Source: Bdellovibrionota bacterium (GTDB lineage Bacteria; Bdellovibrionota; UBA1018; UBA923). From it: a stretch of 29,158 nucleotides of DNA. The translations under genes and the position numbers were made by a program. The notes under the pieces were generated by a model. It was not told where the DNA came from. It was given only the letters and a program-made list of their open reading frames with translations, and made no database searches. Location: assembly GCA_040754655.1 (NCBI GenBank), contig JBFMCE010000053.1:1-29158 (forward strand), written 5' to 3'. Shown in pieces: positions 1 to 8,447 of the stretch; the first letter of the stretch is position 1, and each line of letters begins with the position of its first letter.

Positions 1-487
1 GGAAAGCCTTGTCGCCAGAGAAACCCGAAGGTTTTAACCACTCGCCAAGGCCTCCCACACCCAGCATATCCCCAACGACCGTCGCAAGTACCGGCCCAAT
101 CGGATGAACATTATAAACGTCAACGCTCAAATAAAAAGCCAGGGCCATCGCACCAAGAAGTTGCCCCGCAAAAACAATCCCCCTTAAAGTGTCGTGTCTA
201 TCAATAAAATCCCAAACATTCGGAGAATGTTGAAGAAGAGCGCCATTCAAGCGAGATTGAAACGTATATTGATCGATGTGTCTTGGGTTGAATTCTAAAA
301 ACTCTGTCAATTCCGCAGCTAGACGACGCACCGCGCTCTCGGCCTCGTTCTGACTTAGTTCTAAACTTTGATTTTTAACCAGTACCGGAAGATTCTCTGA
401 AGGAGGAGCCGCTCTTACGCTTTCATTTGGCAGAACAGAACTGAGGATTAGAAAACAAAAGAAACCAAAAAACTTAAACCCACGCAT
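1..487 (-). CDS. Hypothetical exported/membrane protein (3' end runs off the window)
   Basis: Not in the ORF track. Hand translation from ATG 487 is open to the edge (162 codons): MRGFKFFGFFCFLILSSVLPNESVRAAPP..., a signal-peptide-like N-terminus and a later hydrophobic segment (IVFAGQLLGAMALAFYL). GAAGGG SD-like motif upstream. Confidence 0.7.
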   Translation of the reverse strand, partial: MRGFKFFGFFCFLILSSVLPNESVRAAPPSENLPVLVKNQSLELSQNEAESAVRRLAAELTEFLEFNPRHIDQYTFQSRLNGALLQHSPNVWDFIDRHDTLRGIVFAGQLLGAMALAFYLSVDVYNVHPIGPVLATVVGDMLGVGGLGEWLKPSGFSGDKAF

Positions 488-597
488 GTGTCTACGCCCT
501 TCATTGTACAAACTTGATAAGGCCGCTATCATGCCTGACGTATTTGGTCAAAGCTCCTCAACCGCTCTATCTCAATTGATTATATAAACTTGCAGTC

Positions 598-1569
598 TTA
601 GCGCTTCTTGGGCGCGGTTTTGCGGGCAGACTTCTTGCTCAAAGCTTTCTGTTTACCCACCCGACGTCGGCTACGACTAGCTGTTGCGCGTTTCCCGCGC
701 GAAACTTGTTTTGCATGTTGGATGATCATCTTCGCGATATTGAGTCCCGTCGCTGCCTCAATACCTTCAAACCCCGGAGATGAATTCACTTCTAAAATCT
801 TTGGTCCCGTGAGCGATTCGAGCATATCAACGCCCGCGACCGTAAGCCCCATCGCTTTGGCAGCCTGAACCGCAAGTTTCTTGTATTGGTCTTTAAGATC
901 GATTGGCGTGCCTTCTCCGCCACGGTGAATATTCGACCTGAATTCCCCTTCTTTTGCTTGGCGCCTCATGGCCGCGACCACCTTGTCGCCAATCACGAAC
1001 GCCCTCACGTCTCTGCCGGCGCTCTCTGCGATATACTGCTGCAAAATCACGTCTTGTCCTAAACCCCACATCGTATCGAGCACAGACTCAGCGGAGGTTT
1101 GGCTCTCGACCAACATCACGCCAACACCTTGGGTGCCTTGCAGCAGCTTCATTACAGCAGGAGCCCCGTTGATGTGACGAAGCGCTGCCTTCGTTCCGCG
1201 GCTGCCGCGCATGAGTACGGTCGTGGGGATGTCGTAGCCTTTTTCAGCCAGCATCTGCAAGCAACGCAGCTTGTTCCTTGACACGGCGATGCCGTGAGAG
1301 CCGTTGATGACGCGGACTCCGAGCATCTCAAACTGTTTCACCACCGCCAAGCCATAGTCAGTAATCGATGTGCCAATGCGGGGCAGTACGACATCAAGGT
1401 GCGGAATTGGCCGCTCGTGCACGAGAACATGGTTCACTTCCCTTCCAACAACGACTTGGCAATCGAGCGGATCGAAAACAAAACACTCGACACGGAGTGC
1501 CTTTGCCTCTTTTAATAGTCTTTGAATGGAGAAAAGTTGCCGGTTGCGCGATAGAATTGCTAATCTCAT
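598..1569 (-). CDS. rimK: RimK family alpha-L-glutamate ligase (ATP-grasp)
   Basis: MRLAILSRN start, DVVLPRIG, RNKLRCLQ, GTQGVGV, EFRSNIHRGG and EVNSSPG motifs; extra K/R-rich C-terminal tail. Confidence 0.93.
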   Translation of the reverse strand: MRLAILSRNRQLFSIQRLLKEAKALRVECFVFDPLDCQVVVGREVNHVLVHERPIPHLDVVLPRIGTSITDYGLAVVKQFEMLGVRVINGSHGIAVSRNKLRCLQMLAEKGYDIPTTVLMRGSRGTKAALRHINGAPAVMKLLQGTQGVGVMLVESQTSAESVLDTMWGLGQDVILQQYIAESAGRDVRAFVIGDKVVAAMRRQAKEGEFRSNIHRGGEGTPIDLKDQYKKLAVQAAKAMGLTVAGVDMLESLTGPKILEVNSSPGFEGIEAATGLNIAKMIIQHAKQVSRGKRATASRSRRRVGKQKALSKKSARKTAPKKR

Positions 1570-1588
1570 GGGAATAAAGACCTACAAC

Positions 1589-2836
1589 ATGGCGAAGATC
1601 AAGCACAGGGTAATTTTTTGCATCGCTTTTTATACGCTGATGATTGGCTGTTCAACACAACCAACGGCGTCTTCATCTGAACACCCAGTGGTCATTCCTG
1701 CGGCAGCCGCGGAAGCTGTCACGACAGCCTGCAAAAAATGGCGTTTTTTCCCGCAGGCTCATATCTCGCATGTCAGCCTGTCAAAAAACGCCAAACATGT
1801 TCTAGTTTCAACCAGCGACCCTTTGCGGGCCCAGCTTTTGACAAAGCAAGGCAAAGTCAAATGGAGCCGCCCTCTCAAGCAACCGGTCAGGGCGCAGGCG
1901 ATTTCTGAAAGCGGCGATTTGATTGCACTGAGCACGTATGACAACAAGCTGCAGGTCTTTGACTCGAGCGGACGCAAGAAATGGGAAAGAGAACACTTAG
2001 GACGCCCAATCATTCTTGAAAGAAAGAAGCTTGTTCTCTTATTCAATGATGACGATGCCGACGCCAAGACGGCTTTCATCACCTACGATTTTTCAGGGCG
2101 CAAAGTAGGTGAGGTCAAAGCCTCACGGTTTGAACCTCTTGAAATGGCGATCGCAGAGAATCAAGAATTTGTCGCCTTGATCGGCTCGAAAGGAAACATC
2201 ACAACTTACGCCACCGAGGGAAAACCTCTCTGGCAAGAGCTCACCTCAAAGGGAAGCGGGGCCATCGCACTGACAGCAAATCCAAATCCACGCGTCTTTG
2301 CCCTGGGCGCGAAAGAACTTTCTGGTTTTGAACTTGGTTCATCAAAAAAGTGGGTAAACCTGTGGAAAACTTCGCTCAAACGCCGCTTTGAGACTATAAA
2401 ACCCGTTGGCAATGCGGTTTTTCTTTATGGGAACAGCCAACAAGGCCAAGCTCTCGCAGCACTTGATGCTACAACCGGAAAACTTCTCTGGGAGAGATTC
2501 TACCCACTGCCAGCAAACTACTCTTCACTTGTATTCACCAACTCGTCTTCTCAGACCTCAGCAAAAGAGCCTCTAAGACAATATGCTTCTGTCGCCATCG
2601 ACGATGGCGTGCAAGCGGGCATGCTTCAGATCTTAGGCGTGAACCTGCAAGGAAATGCTCTTTGGAAGGCTGCTATCGAAGCTGAAAGTGGGATCTACTC
2701 TTATGATCTCAGCTCGAAGCCTGAAGCCCTGGTCGTCGGTGCTGGCGAGCCTGGCAATGGGTTCATCGAGTTCTACCGATTTGAAAAAGGACTTTGCGGA
2801 AAAACGAATAAGAACTCACCCCCACTCAAGTTTTGA
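1589..2836 (+). CDS. Lipoprotein with PQQ/WD40-like beta-propeller repeats
   Basis: Start moved to ATG 1589 (MAKIKHRVIFCIAFYTLMIG-C lipobox). Repeated G-x-x-x-W blade motifs: GKVKW, GRKKW, GKPLW, DATTGKLLW, GNALW. Confidence 0.75.
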   Translation: MAKIKHRVIFCIAFYTLMIGCSTQPTASSSEHPVVIPAAAAEAVTTACKKWRFFPQAHISHVSLSKNAKHVLVSTSDPLRAQLLTKQGKVKWSRPLKQPVRAQAISESGDLIALSTYDNKLQVFDSSGRKKWEREHLGRPIILERKKLVLLFNDDDADAKTAFITYDFSGRKVGEVKASRFEPLEMAIAENQEFVALIGSKGNITTYATEGKPLWQELTSKGSGAIALTANPNPRVFALGAKELSGFELGSSKKWVNLWKTSLKRRFETIKPVGNAVFLYGNSQQGQALAALDATTGKLLWERFYPLPANYSSLVFTNSSSQTSAKEPLRQYASVAIDDGVQAGMLQILGVNLQGNALWKAAIEAESGIYSYDLSSKPEALVVGAGEPGNGFIEFYRFEKGLCGKTNKNSPPLKF

Positions 2837-2988
2837 GGCTAAAGAAGTCGGCCCCAAGTTTGTTTGAGAGATAAGGTAGTACGGCAAAATCGCACCAAAC
2901 CACGGTAATCATTGCCGTTTACCCGCAACCGGACATTTTATTTGTTCATCCCACAGGACATTTGATGTGTTACCTACACACGGAAAAT

Positions 2989-3017
2989 CATTTGTTGACC
3001 AATAACATCAACAAATG
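2989..3017. promoter_or_regulatory. Perfect 10-bp inverted repeat, putative operator
   Basis: CATTTGTTGA (2989-2998), 9-nt spacer, TCAACAAATG (3008-3017); overlaps the -35 box and spacer of the promoter below. Confidence 0.65.
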
Positions 3018-3023
3018 TATAAT
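2995..3023 (+). promoter_or_regulatory. Sigma70-type promoter for the methyltransferase gene
   Basis: TTGACC (2995-3000), N17, TATAAT (3018-3023). Confidence 0.75.
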
Positions 3024-3071
3024 GCCGATAATTTTTGTTTATACGGTGCATAAAACATGATCATTGGCGGC

Positions 3072-4835
3072 ATGCGCATTTTTCTTTTACTCGCAGTACT
3101 CTTCGTTTCGACGAACTCAGCGCATGCTGGCTGGTTCGGCGATCTCTTTAAGAAATCCGGTAAAACAGCTCCGAACTCGGTCCCTGAGGTGACCATAACC
3201 TCTGGCAATACTTGCGAAAACAATCTCACACCGCCACCGTCAGCTGGCGCATCTAAAGAAATTAGCGCCCATTCTGAAGCCCATGACGCACATGTCTCGG
3301 ACTTAATCAAAGCTCACGAATGGGCCAAAGAGCTTAGGGCTTCTCGACAACAAGGCACATATACCTCGGATCTCGTCAAAGCTTACGAACGAGCTCAGGA
3401 ATTCGAAGCTGCTCGCCAAAAAGAGGACCCGCGCAAGCGTGAACACGAGCTTGAAGAAGACGCACCTCGGCCTAAGGGGATTATTTCAGCCGAGACCCAA
3501 GCAAAAATCGTAGCCTATCGTTTGCATCAAGAACGCTACACTCCGATCAGACAGTATGAACTCGCCCTAAAAGCAGCTATCGAATCGTTGCCGCTTGAAA
3601 AGAAATTCGATCCCACGTGGATCGGGCCCATGGGATTCCCGCACATCAAACAAGGCGGCGGCCACGCGATGCTTGCTCAATTGTTAGAGATGCCAATGCT
3701 TAGAATGGCTCTGCACCTCAGGCTGCGTGGCTTGGACATGGTCGCGGAAGAGCTCATCATGAGATTCTTTGAACCTTCAAAAAACAGCGTGGCATTTCAA
3801 ACAATGACCCCAGAAGCGATAGAGCAACACTTGACGTTACGCGCAGAACTTCACAAAGAAGTATCCCGCGCGATCAACAAACTTTCTAACATCGTTGAAC
3901 TGCAAGAGGCCTTCGTCTCGCTGGTGCATCGCGAGGTTCACCTGGATGAAGTCTTCGTGAAAAATGAGATCGCCTCTAAGACGCAGATCCCTCAAGTGCG
4001 CAGTGAAGGCACTGAGATGCTGCCTCTTTTCCGATTCAGGCCCCAACAACTTCATGCCGCTCGCCTTGTGCTTCAATACGGAAATCTCTATCCGGGCGCA
4101 AAGGTTCTTGAAGTAGGCTTTGGTACTCTTGCGATAGGAAAAGCGTTGCAAACGGTAGCCCAAAACGCAGGACTTTCGATCGAATATGTTGGCGTGGATC
4201 CGGCTCCAGTTTCGAAACGCTCCGCCCCTGAACTGTCTGGCATGAAGATCTTTACCGATCAGTTCCCCGGCAGTTCAATGACGAGCATTGGCATTACTCA
4301 AGCAGGTCCCTACGACGTCATTTTTGCCGTAGACGTCTTCAAGCCCAAGGAATACGTCGATGGACCCGCTTTTCAGGTGCGAGGTGATCGAATTGAATTC
4401 TTGCGAGAGCTCAGGAAGAAGTTGAAACCCGGAGGCATTTTCCTCACGATAAGCGACCATGGCGCGCCAATGCTCTTTAAAGCAAGCGAGCTTGGCCACC
4501 TGATGAACAGACCAAGCACCGGAAGAGACGCCGGCTTCATCATCGAACGCCATCAATACAACGACTTCGTTCAACTGCGTTTTAGCGAGGCCGAACACCG
4601 GCTCTTTCCTGAGACGTCAAACCACCAGACCCTCGGACGCATGAGCTTAAGCATCATGAGAAACCCAGGAATCAATGAAGCCCAGTTAGCGCACGTCTTG
4701 AAAACTGAAAAAGAGCTTGCAGAAGAGCTCTTTCCCCAAAAATACGAGCAGTCAACGGAAGGCGGCTCATCACCTGCCGCAGCAAACCCAACGGGTGAAG
4801 TCTCTTCAGAAACAACGACCGAAGATCTTCAATAG
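3072..4835 (+). CDS. Signal-peptide protein with C-terminal class I SAM-dependent methyltransferase domain
   Basis: MRIFLLLAVLFVSTNSAHA|GWF Sec signal (alternative ATG at 3057). Methyltransferase motifs VLEVGFG, YVGVDP, PYDVIFA and LKPGG. Confidence 0.7.
   Translation: MRIFLLLAVLFVSTNSAHAGWFGDLFKKSGKTAPNSVPEVTITSGNTCENNLTPPPSAGASKEISAHSEAHDAHVSDLIKAHEWAKELRASRQQGTYTSDLVKAYERAQEFEAARQKEDPRKREHELEEDAPRPKGIISAETQAKIVAYRLHQERYTPIRQYELALKAAIESLPLEKKFDPTWIGPMGFPHIKQGGGHAMLAQLLEMPMLRMALHLRLRGLDMVAEELIMRFFEPSKNSVAFQTMTPEAIEQHLTLRAELHKEVSRAINKLSNIVELQEAFVSLVHREVHLDEVFVKNEIASKTQIPQVRSEGTEMLPLFRFRPQQLHAARLVLQYGNLYPGAKVLEVGFGTLAIGKALQTVAQNAGLSIEYVGVDPAPVSKRSAPELSGMKIFTDQFPGSSMTSIGITQAGPYDVIFAVDVFKPKEYVDGPAFQVRGDRIEFLRELRKKLKPGGIFLTISDHGAPMLFKASELGHLMNRPSTGRDAGFIIERHQYNDFVQLRFSEAEHRLFPETSNHQTLGRMSLSIMRNPGINEAQLAHVLKTEKELAEELFPQKYEQSTEGGSSPAAANPTGEVSSETTTEDLQ
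3297..3425 (+). repeat. Degenerate in-frame tandem repeat, 69-nt / 23-aa period
   Basis: SDLIKAHEWAKELRASRQQG versus SDLVKAYERAQEFEAARQKE; copies start at 3297 and 3366. Confidence 0.7.
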
Positions 4836-4844
4836 GTCGTAATT

Positions 4845-5159
4845 TTAGCCCGATGAAGCGCGATTGCGGTGCAGGTGGTCTTTCACGATCTCTTTGTGCT
4901 TTCGAAGCTGCTTTTCGATCTTCTCGACGACCTCGTCGATTGACTGATAGAGGTCAGGGGTTTTCGCCTGAGCGAAGTAATCGATATGAGGCCCATGCAC
5001 CCTGAGATCAGCGACGTGATTGTCGGCCTCTACGAATAGCACCCAATTCGCCTCGATCGCGTCACTCACGAATTTGTCGAGCCTTTCGCTCTTTTCCTGG
5101 ACGTGCAGTTTAATGGCTTCGGTAGCATCCATTTGCTTGAATGTGATGTGTACTCTCAT
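4845..5159 (-). CDS. hpf: Ribosome hibernation promoting factor (short HPF/RaiA)
   Basis: MRVHITFKQMDATEAIK...DLYQSIDEVVEKIEKQLRKHK; directly downstream of rpoN; AAGGAGG SD. Confidence 0.92.
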   Translation of the reverse strand: MRVHITFKQMDATEAIKLHVQEKSERLDKFVSDAIEANWVLFVEADNHVADLRVHGPHIDYFAQAKTPDLYQSIDEVVEKIEKQLRKHKEIVKDHLHRNRASSG

Positions 5160-5188
5160 GATTTCGAGCCTCCTTCGCGTTAAAAGAG

Positions 5189-6685
5189 TTAAAACACTTT
5201 TTTGCGCTTCGACGAAGAAAGAATGCCCAGCATGTCGCGGTACTTCGCGACAGTTCGCCGAGCGATTTCGATATTCTCTGCCCGCAAAAGCTCTACAATG
5301 CGTTGGTCTGAGAGAGGCCGTGACGCGTCTTCCTTGGAAACCATCTGGCGTATTTTTTCTTTCACCGCTTCCGAAGCCACATCCGCTCCGCCGTCGGCTG
5401 ACGAGATGCTGCTGTTGAAGAAATACTTCAACTCGAAAATCCCGACGGGAGTGTGAACGAACTTATTCGTGGTCACGCGGCTTACCGTTGATTCGTGCAT
5501 TCCGATATCGGCAGCGACATCTTTCAAAATCATCGGCTTCAAAAACCCGACGCCCTTCTCAAAGAAATCGCGTTGGTGCTTCACGATGCTTTCAGTGACC
5601 TTGTAGATCGTCTTTTGCCTGTTATGGATGCTTCGGATCAGCCAGACTGCTGAGCGCAGCTTGTCTTGGATGTATTCCTTGGTGACGTTGCCTTCTTGCT
5701 TGGCGCTCGACAAAACATTCCTGTAGTAGCTCGACACCCGAAGCTTCGGCATCCCGTCTTCATTCAAAGTGATGACGAACTCGCCCCCCACTTTGTACAC
5801 ATAAATATCCGGTGTGATGTACTGGGTGTTGTCGCTTGAAACAAACGAACGACCGGGTTTGGGCTCGAATTCCAAGATGATCTTCGTCGCTACGATCACT
5901 TCGTCTAAAGTCACGCTCAAAGACCTGGCGATGCTTTGGTAGTTCTTTCTCTCAAGATCATGCAAATGATGCTGAATGATCTTTTCAACCATCTCGTTTC
6001 TAGGCTTCAAGAATTGAGCCTGAACCGCAAGGCATTCTTGAAGGTTGCGCGAGCAGACGCCAATCGGGTCAAACCGCTGCATCATCCTCAAGATTTCGTT
6101 GGCGTCTTCAGCGTCAATGCTGGCTTCTTTCGCAAGGTCTTCTACCGGCATGAGAAGGTAGCCGTCTTCGTTCAAGTTTCCGACGACAAGCTCGCCTAGG
6201 CGCCTTTCATCTTCTTGAAATTGACTCAAGCTCAACTGCCAAAGTAGGTGATCGGTAAGAGTCGTTGTTTTTGTGAGGATGTTCTCAAAGCTCGGCAGGT
6301 CTTCGGTGTTGAGCCTGACCGAAGGCAATGTCGAATTGTTATTGAGGTCTTCAACATACGCTTCCCAATCAAATTCTTCTTTCCCCTGCAGAAGCTTTTC
6401 TTGTTGATCTTTGCGAACGGCAAATTCATCGCCTTGCGTGGTCTCAGCAGCTGGCGCATCAATGCTTGGGTCGCTTGATGCCTGCCTGTCGGTATTCTCA
6501 ATGCCTTCAGGGTTATCAACCGTCTCAGCGATCTCCTCAAGTAGGGGATTCTCCATGAGCTCTTGATTGACGACCTCGGCCAGTTCAAGACGGTTGAGCT
6601 GCAATAGCTTGATTGCCTGCTGCAACTGCGGCGTCATGACTAACTGCTGGCTTAATTTTAGGGACTGTTTGATCTCAAGTGCCAT
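5189..6685 (-). CDS. rpoN: RNA polymerase sigma-54 factor
   Basis: QQLVMTPQLQQAIKLLQL region I, HESTVSR helix-turn-helix, RpoN box ARRTVAKYR. Confidence 0.98.
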   Translation of the reverse strand: MALEIKQSLKLSQQLVMTPQLQQAIKLLQLNRLELAEVVNQELMENPLLEEIAETVDNPEGIENTDRQASSDPSIDAPAAETTQGDEFAVRKDQQEKLLQGKEEFDWEAYVEDLNNNSTLPSVRLNTEDLPSFENILTKTTTLTDHLLWQLSLSQFQEDERRLGELVVGNLNEDGYLLMPVEDLAKEASIDAEDANEILRMMQRFDPIGVCSRNLQECLAVQAQFLKPRNEMVEKIIQHHLHDLERKNYQSIARSLSVTLDEVIVATKIILEFEPKPGRSFVSSDNTQYITPDIYVYKVGGEFVITLNEDGMPKLRVSSYYRNVLSSAKQEGNVTKEYIQDKLRSAVWLIRSIHNRQKTIYKVTESIVKHQRDFFEKGVGFLKPMILKDVAADIGMHESTVSRVTTNKFVHTPVGIFELKYFFNSSISSADGGADVASEAVKEKIRQMVSKEDASRPLSDQRIVELLRAENIEIARRTVAKYRDMLGILSSSKRKKVF

Positions 6686-6697
6686 AATTCAACGTCG

Positions 6698-7447
6698 TTA
6701 CAGTCGAAAGTTTTCTCCCAAATAAGCCTCCCGAGCTTTTGCGCTTTGCGCAATATGCTCGGGGGTTCCGTATTCTAAAATCATACCATCTGACAAAATA
6801 TACCCCAAATCACAAATACCCAAGGTCTCTCGCACATTATGATCAGTAATCAGGATACCCAAGCCTCTATTTTTTAATTTCTTAATGATTTCTTGTATAT
6901 CCGCGACAGCTAAAGGATCAACCCCGGCAAAAGGCTCATCGAGTAACAAAAAAACTGGGTTTAACGCAAGCGCTCTGGCGACTTCAACACGGCGTCTTTC
7001 CCCTCCTGAGAGCGTATACCCTTGTTGTCTTGCTACGTGTCGAATATTGAAATCTTCCAGCAGATTTGAAAGAGCTTCGCGACGCTGGGCTGTGGTTAGA
7101 GGAGTATTCTCAAGTACGGCGAGCAAGTTTTCTTCAACCGTCATCTTACGAAAGACACTCGGTTCTTGGGCAAGGTATCCCACGCCCATGATTGCTCGGC
7201 GGTGCATAGGAAGTTCGGTGATCTCTTTGCCGTCAAGTAGAACGCGGCCCGCATCAGGGCGAACCAAACCCACGACCATGTAGAAAGACGTCGTCTTGCC
7301 AGCTCCGTTTGGGCCCAGCAAACCTACGACTTGCCCGGAACTCACGCTAAAACTGACTTCGCGCACGACCGTGCGTTTGCCGAAAGTTTTGACGAGTTTT
7401 TCCGCTTCGAGTTTTCTAATCTCTCGCTGTTCCTTCGTGGTATGCAT
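6698..7447 (-). CDS. lptB: LPS export ABC transporter ATPase
   Basis: GPNGAGKTT, LSGGERRR, LLDEPFAGVDP, ITDHNVRETL, YLGENFRL. Confidence 0.97.
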   Translation of the reverse strand: MHTTKEQREIRKLEAEKLVKTFGKRTVVREVSFSVSSGQVVGLLGPNGAGKTTSFYMVVGLVRPDAGRVLLDGKEITELPMHRRAIMGVGYLAQEPSVFRKMTVEENLLAVLENTPLTTAQRREALSNLLEDFNIRHVARQQGYTLSGGERRRVEVARALALNPVFLLLDEPFAGVDPLAVADIQEIIKKLKNRGLGILITDHNVRETLGICDLGYILSDGMILEYGTPEHIAQSAKAREAYLGENFRL

Positions 7448-8447
7448 TCGCGTGACTCACCTCTACCAGATTCTTCTTTCGGTAGATCGTGATCAGTTCT
7501 CCTGTCAATGTGTCATGTGCCTGATAGGCCGATGGAAACCCCGATAACAAAATCTTGTCTTCTTGCGTCAAGAAGTCGGCTCTCTGACTTGTAGCATACT
7601 TAAGCCCAACTTCCCCTTTTTTCACGTCGGTTTCTTTTATCAGAACATCTTCATAAGCCGTCATGTATTTTACGACGCTTGCATTCGAATCATAAGTCGC
7701 TTCTTGGCGGCGAGAACGAACAAACAACGTTCCTTGGTGCGATTCCACGAATCGGTTAGCGCTGGCCATTGAAAAATACGCCACCTTAGTAAAACGATCA
7801 ATTTTCGACTTGTCCGACCTGACATCTGTCGTTTCATTAGCCGCAAGCCTTCGCAGCTTCACACGGGCCTGATTGTGGATGAAGATATCCGATCCTGATT
7901 TGCTTGCCGAAAAGCCGACTCCCCACATCTGCATGAGTTCTTCTTTTTGAGGAATCGCCTCGCCGTAAAAAGACTCTGTCGAAGAAATGGCGCCCTGTTT
8001 GGCGGAATAATGCGCCTTGGTCGTCTTCAACCAAAACCCGTCGGGGAAGGTCACTTTGACATTTCCAATGAGGTTTAAGTCTCGCTCGCCCATCCCATAA
8101 TGAGCCTCGTCACCTTCAATCAAAGTGACTTTGCCCTGCGGATCAAACATGCGGATTCGCGCGTTGCGCGCTCTGACCACTCTCGACTTCTCAAAGAGAA
8201 TGGCTTTCGTGGCATTGAGTTGCCAATGCTTCATTTCACCTTCGACAGCCGTATAGTGAAACCCATCGATGGTATAGCCCACCTCATCCTTGTACTTCTG
8301 AGCGGTGACCATTGTTTCAAGGGAATCAAACATCCCAGTCGTGGCTTGTTCACCCGTCTCAAGGCTGGTTGGGCGCAAAAATAGGATTTCCACGATGACG
8401 AGAACGCAAACCAGGCAAACAAATAGGAAATTAGGCCTTTTAATCAT
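7416..8447 (-). CDS. lptC: LptC with a C-terminal LptA/OstA-like jellyroll extension
   Basis: N-terminal TM segment, LptC-like WQLNATKA and LNLIGNVKV; C-terminal ATSQRADF...KILLSGFPSAYQAHDTLTGELITIY resembles LptA; lies between kdsC and lptB. Confidence 0.8.
   Translation of the reverse strand: MIKRPNFLFVCLVCVLVIVEILFLRPTSLETGEQATTGMFDSLETMVTAQKYKDEVGYTIDGFHYTAVEGEMKHWQLNATKAILFEKSRVVRARNARIRMFDPQGKVTLIEGDEAHYGMGERDLNLIGNVKVTFPDGFWLKTTKAHYSAKQGAISSTESFYGEAIPQKEELMQMWGVGFSASKSGSDIFIHNQARVKLRRLAANETTDVRSDKSKIDRFTKVAYFSMASANRFVESHQGTLFVRSRRQEATYDSNASVVKYMTAYEDVLIKETDVKKGEVGLKYATSQRADFLTQEDKILLSGFPSAYQAHDTLTGELITIYRKKNLVEVSHANAYHEGTARD

Noticed and set aside
3024..3031. Perfect sigma28 -10 box GCCGATAA
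   Set aside because: No TAAA/TCAA at a 15-16 nt spacing; the overlapping sigma70 promoter explains the region better.
2837..3056. Possible GEMM-I (c-di-GMP/cGAMP) riboswitch, suggested by GGCAAA
   Set aside because: Lacks the GNRA-capped P2 and the GCAAAGC/P3 elements, and lies upstream of the predicted promoter. No such riboswitch was seen near the cyclase either.
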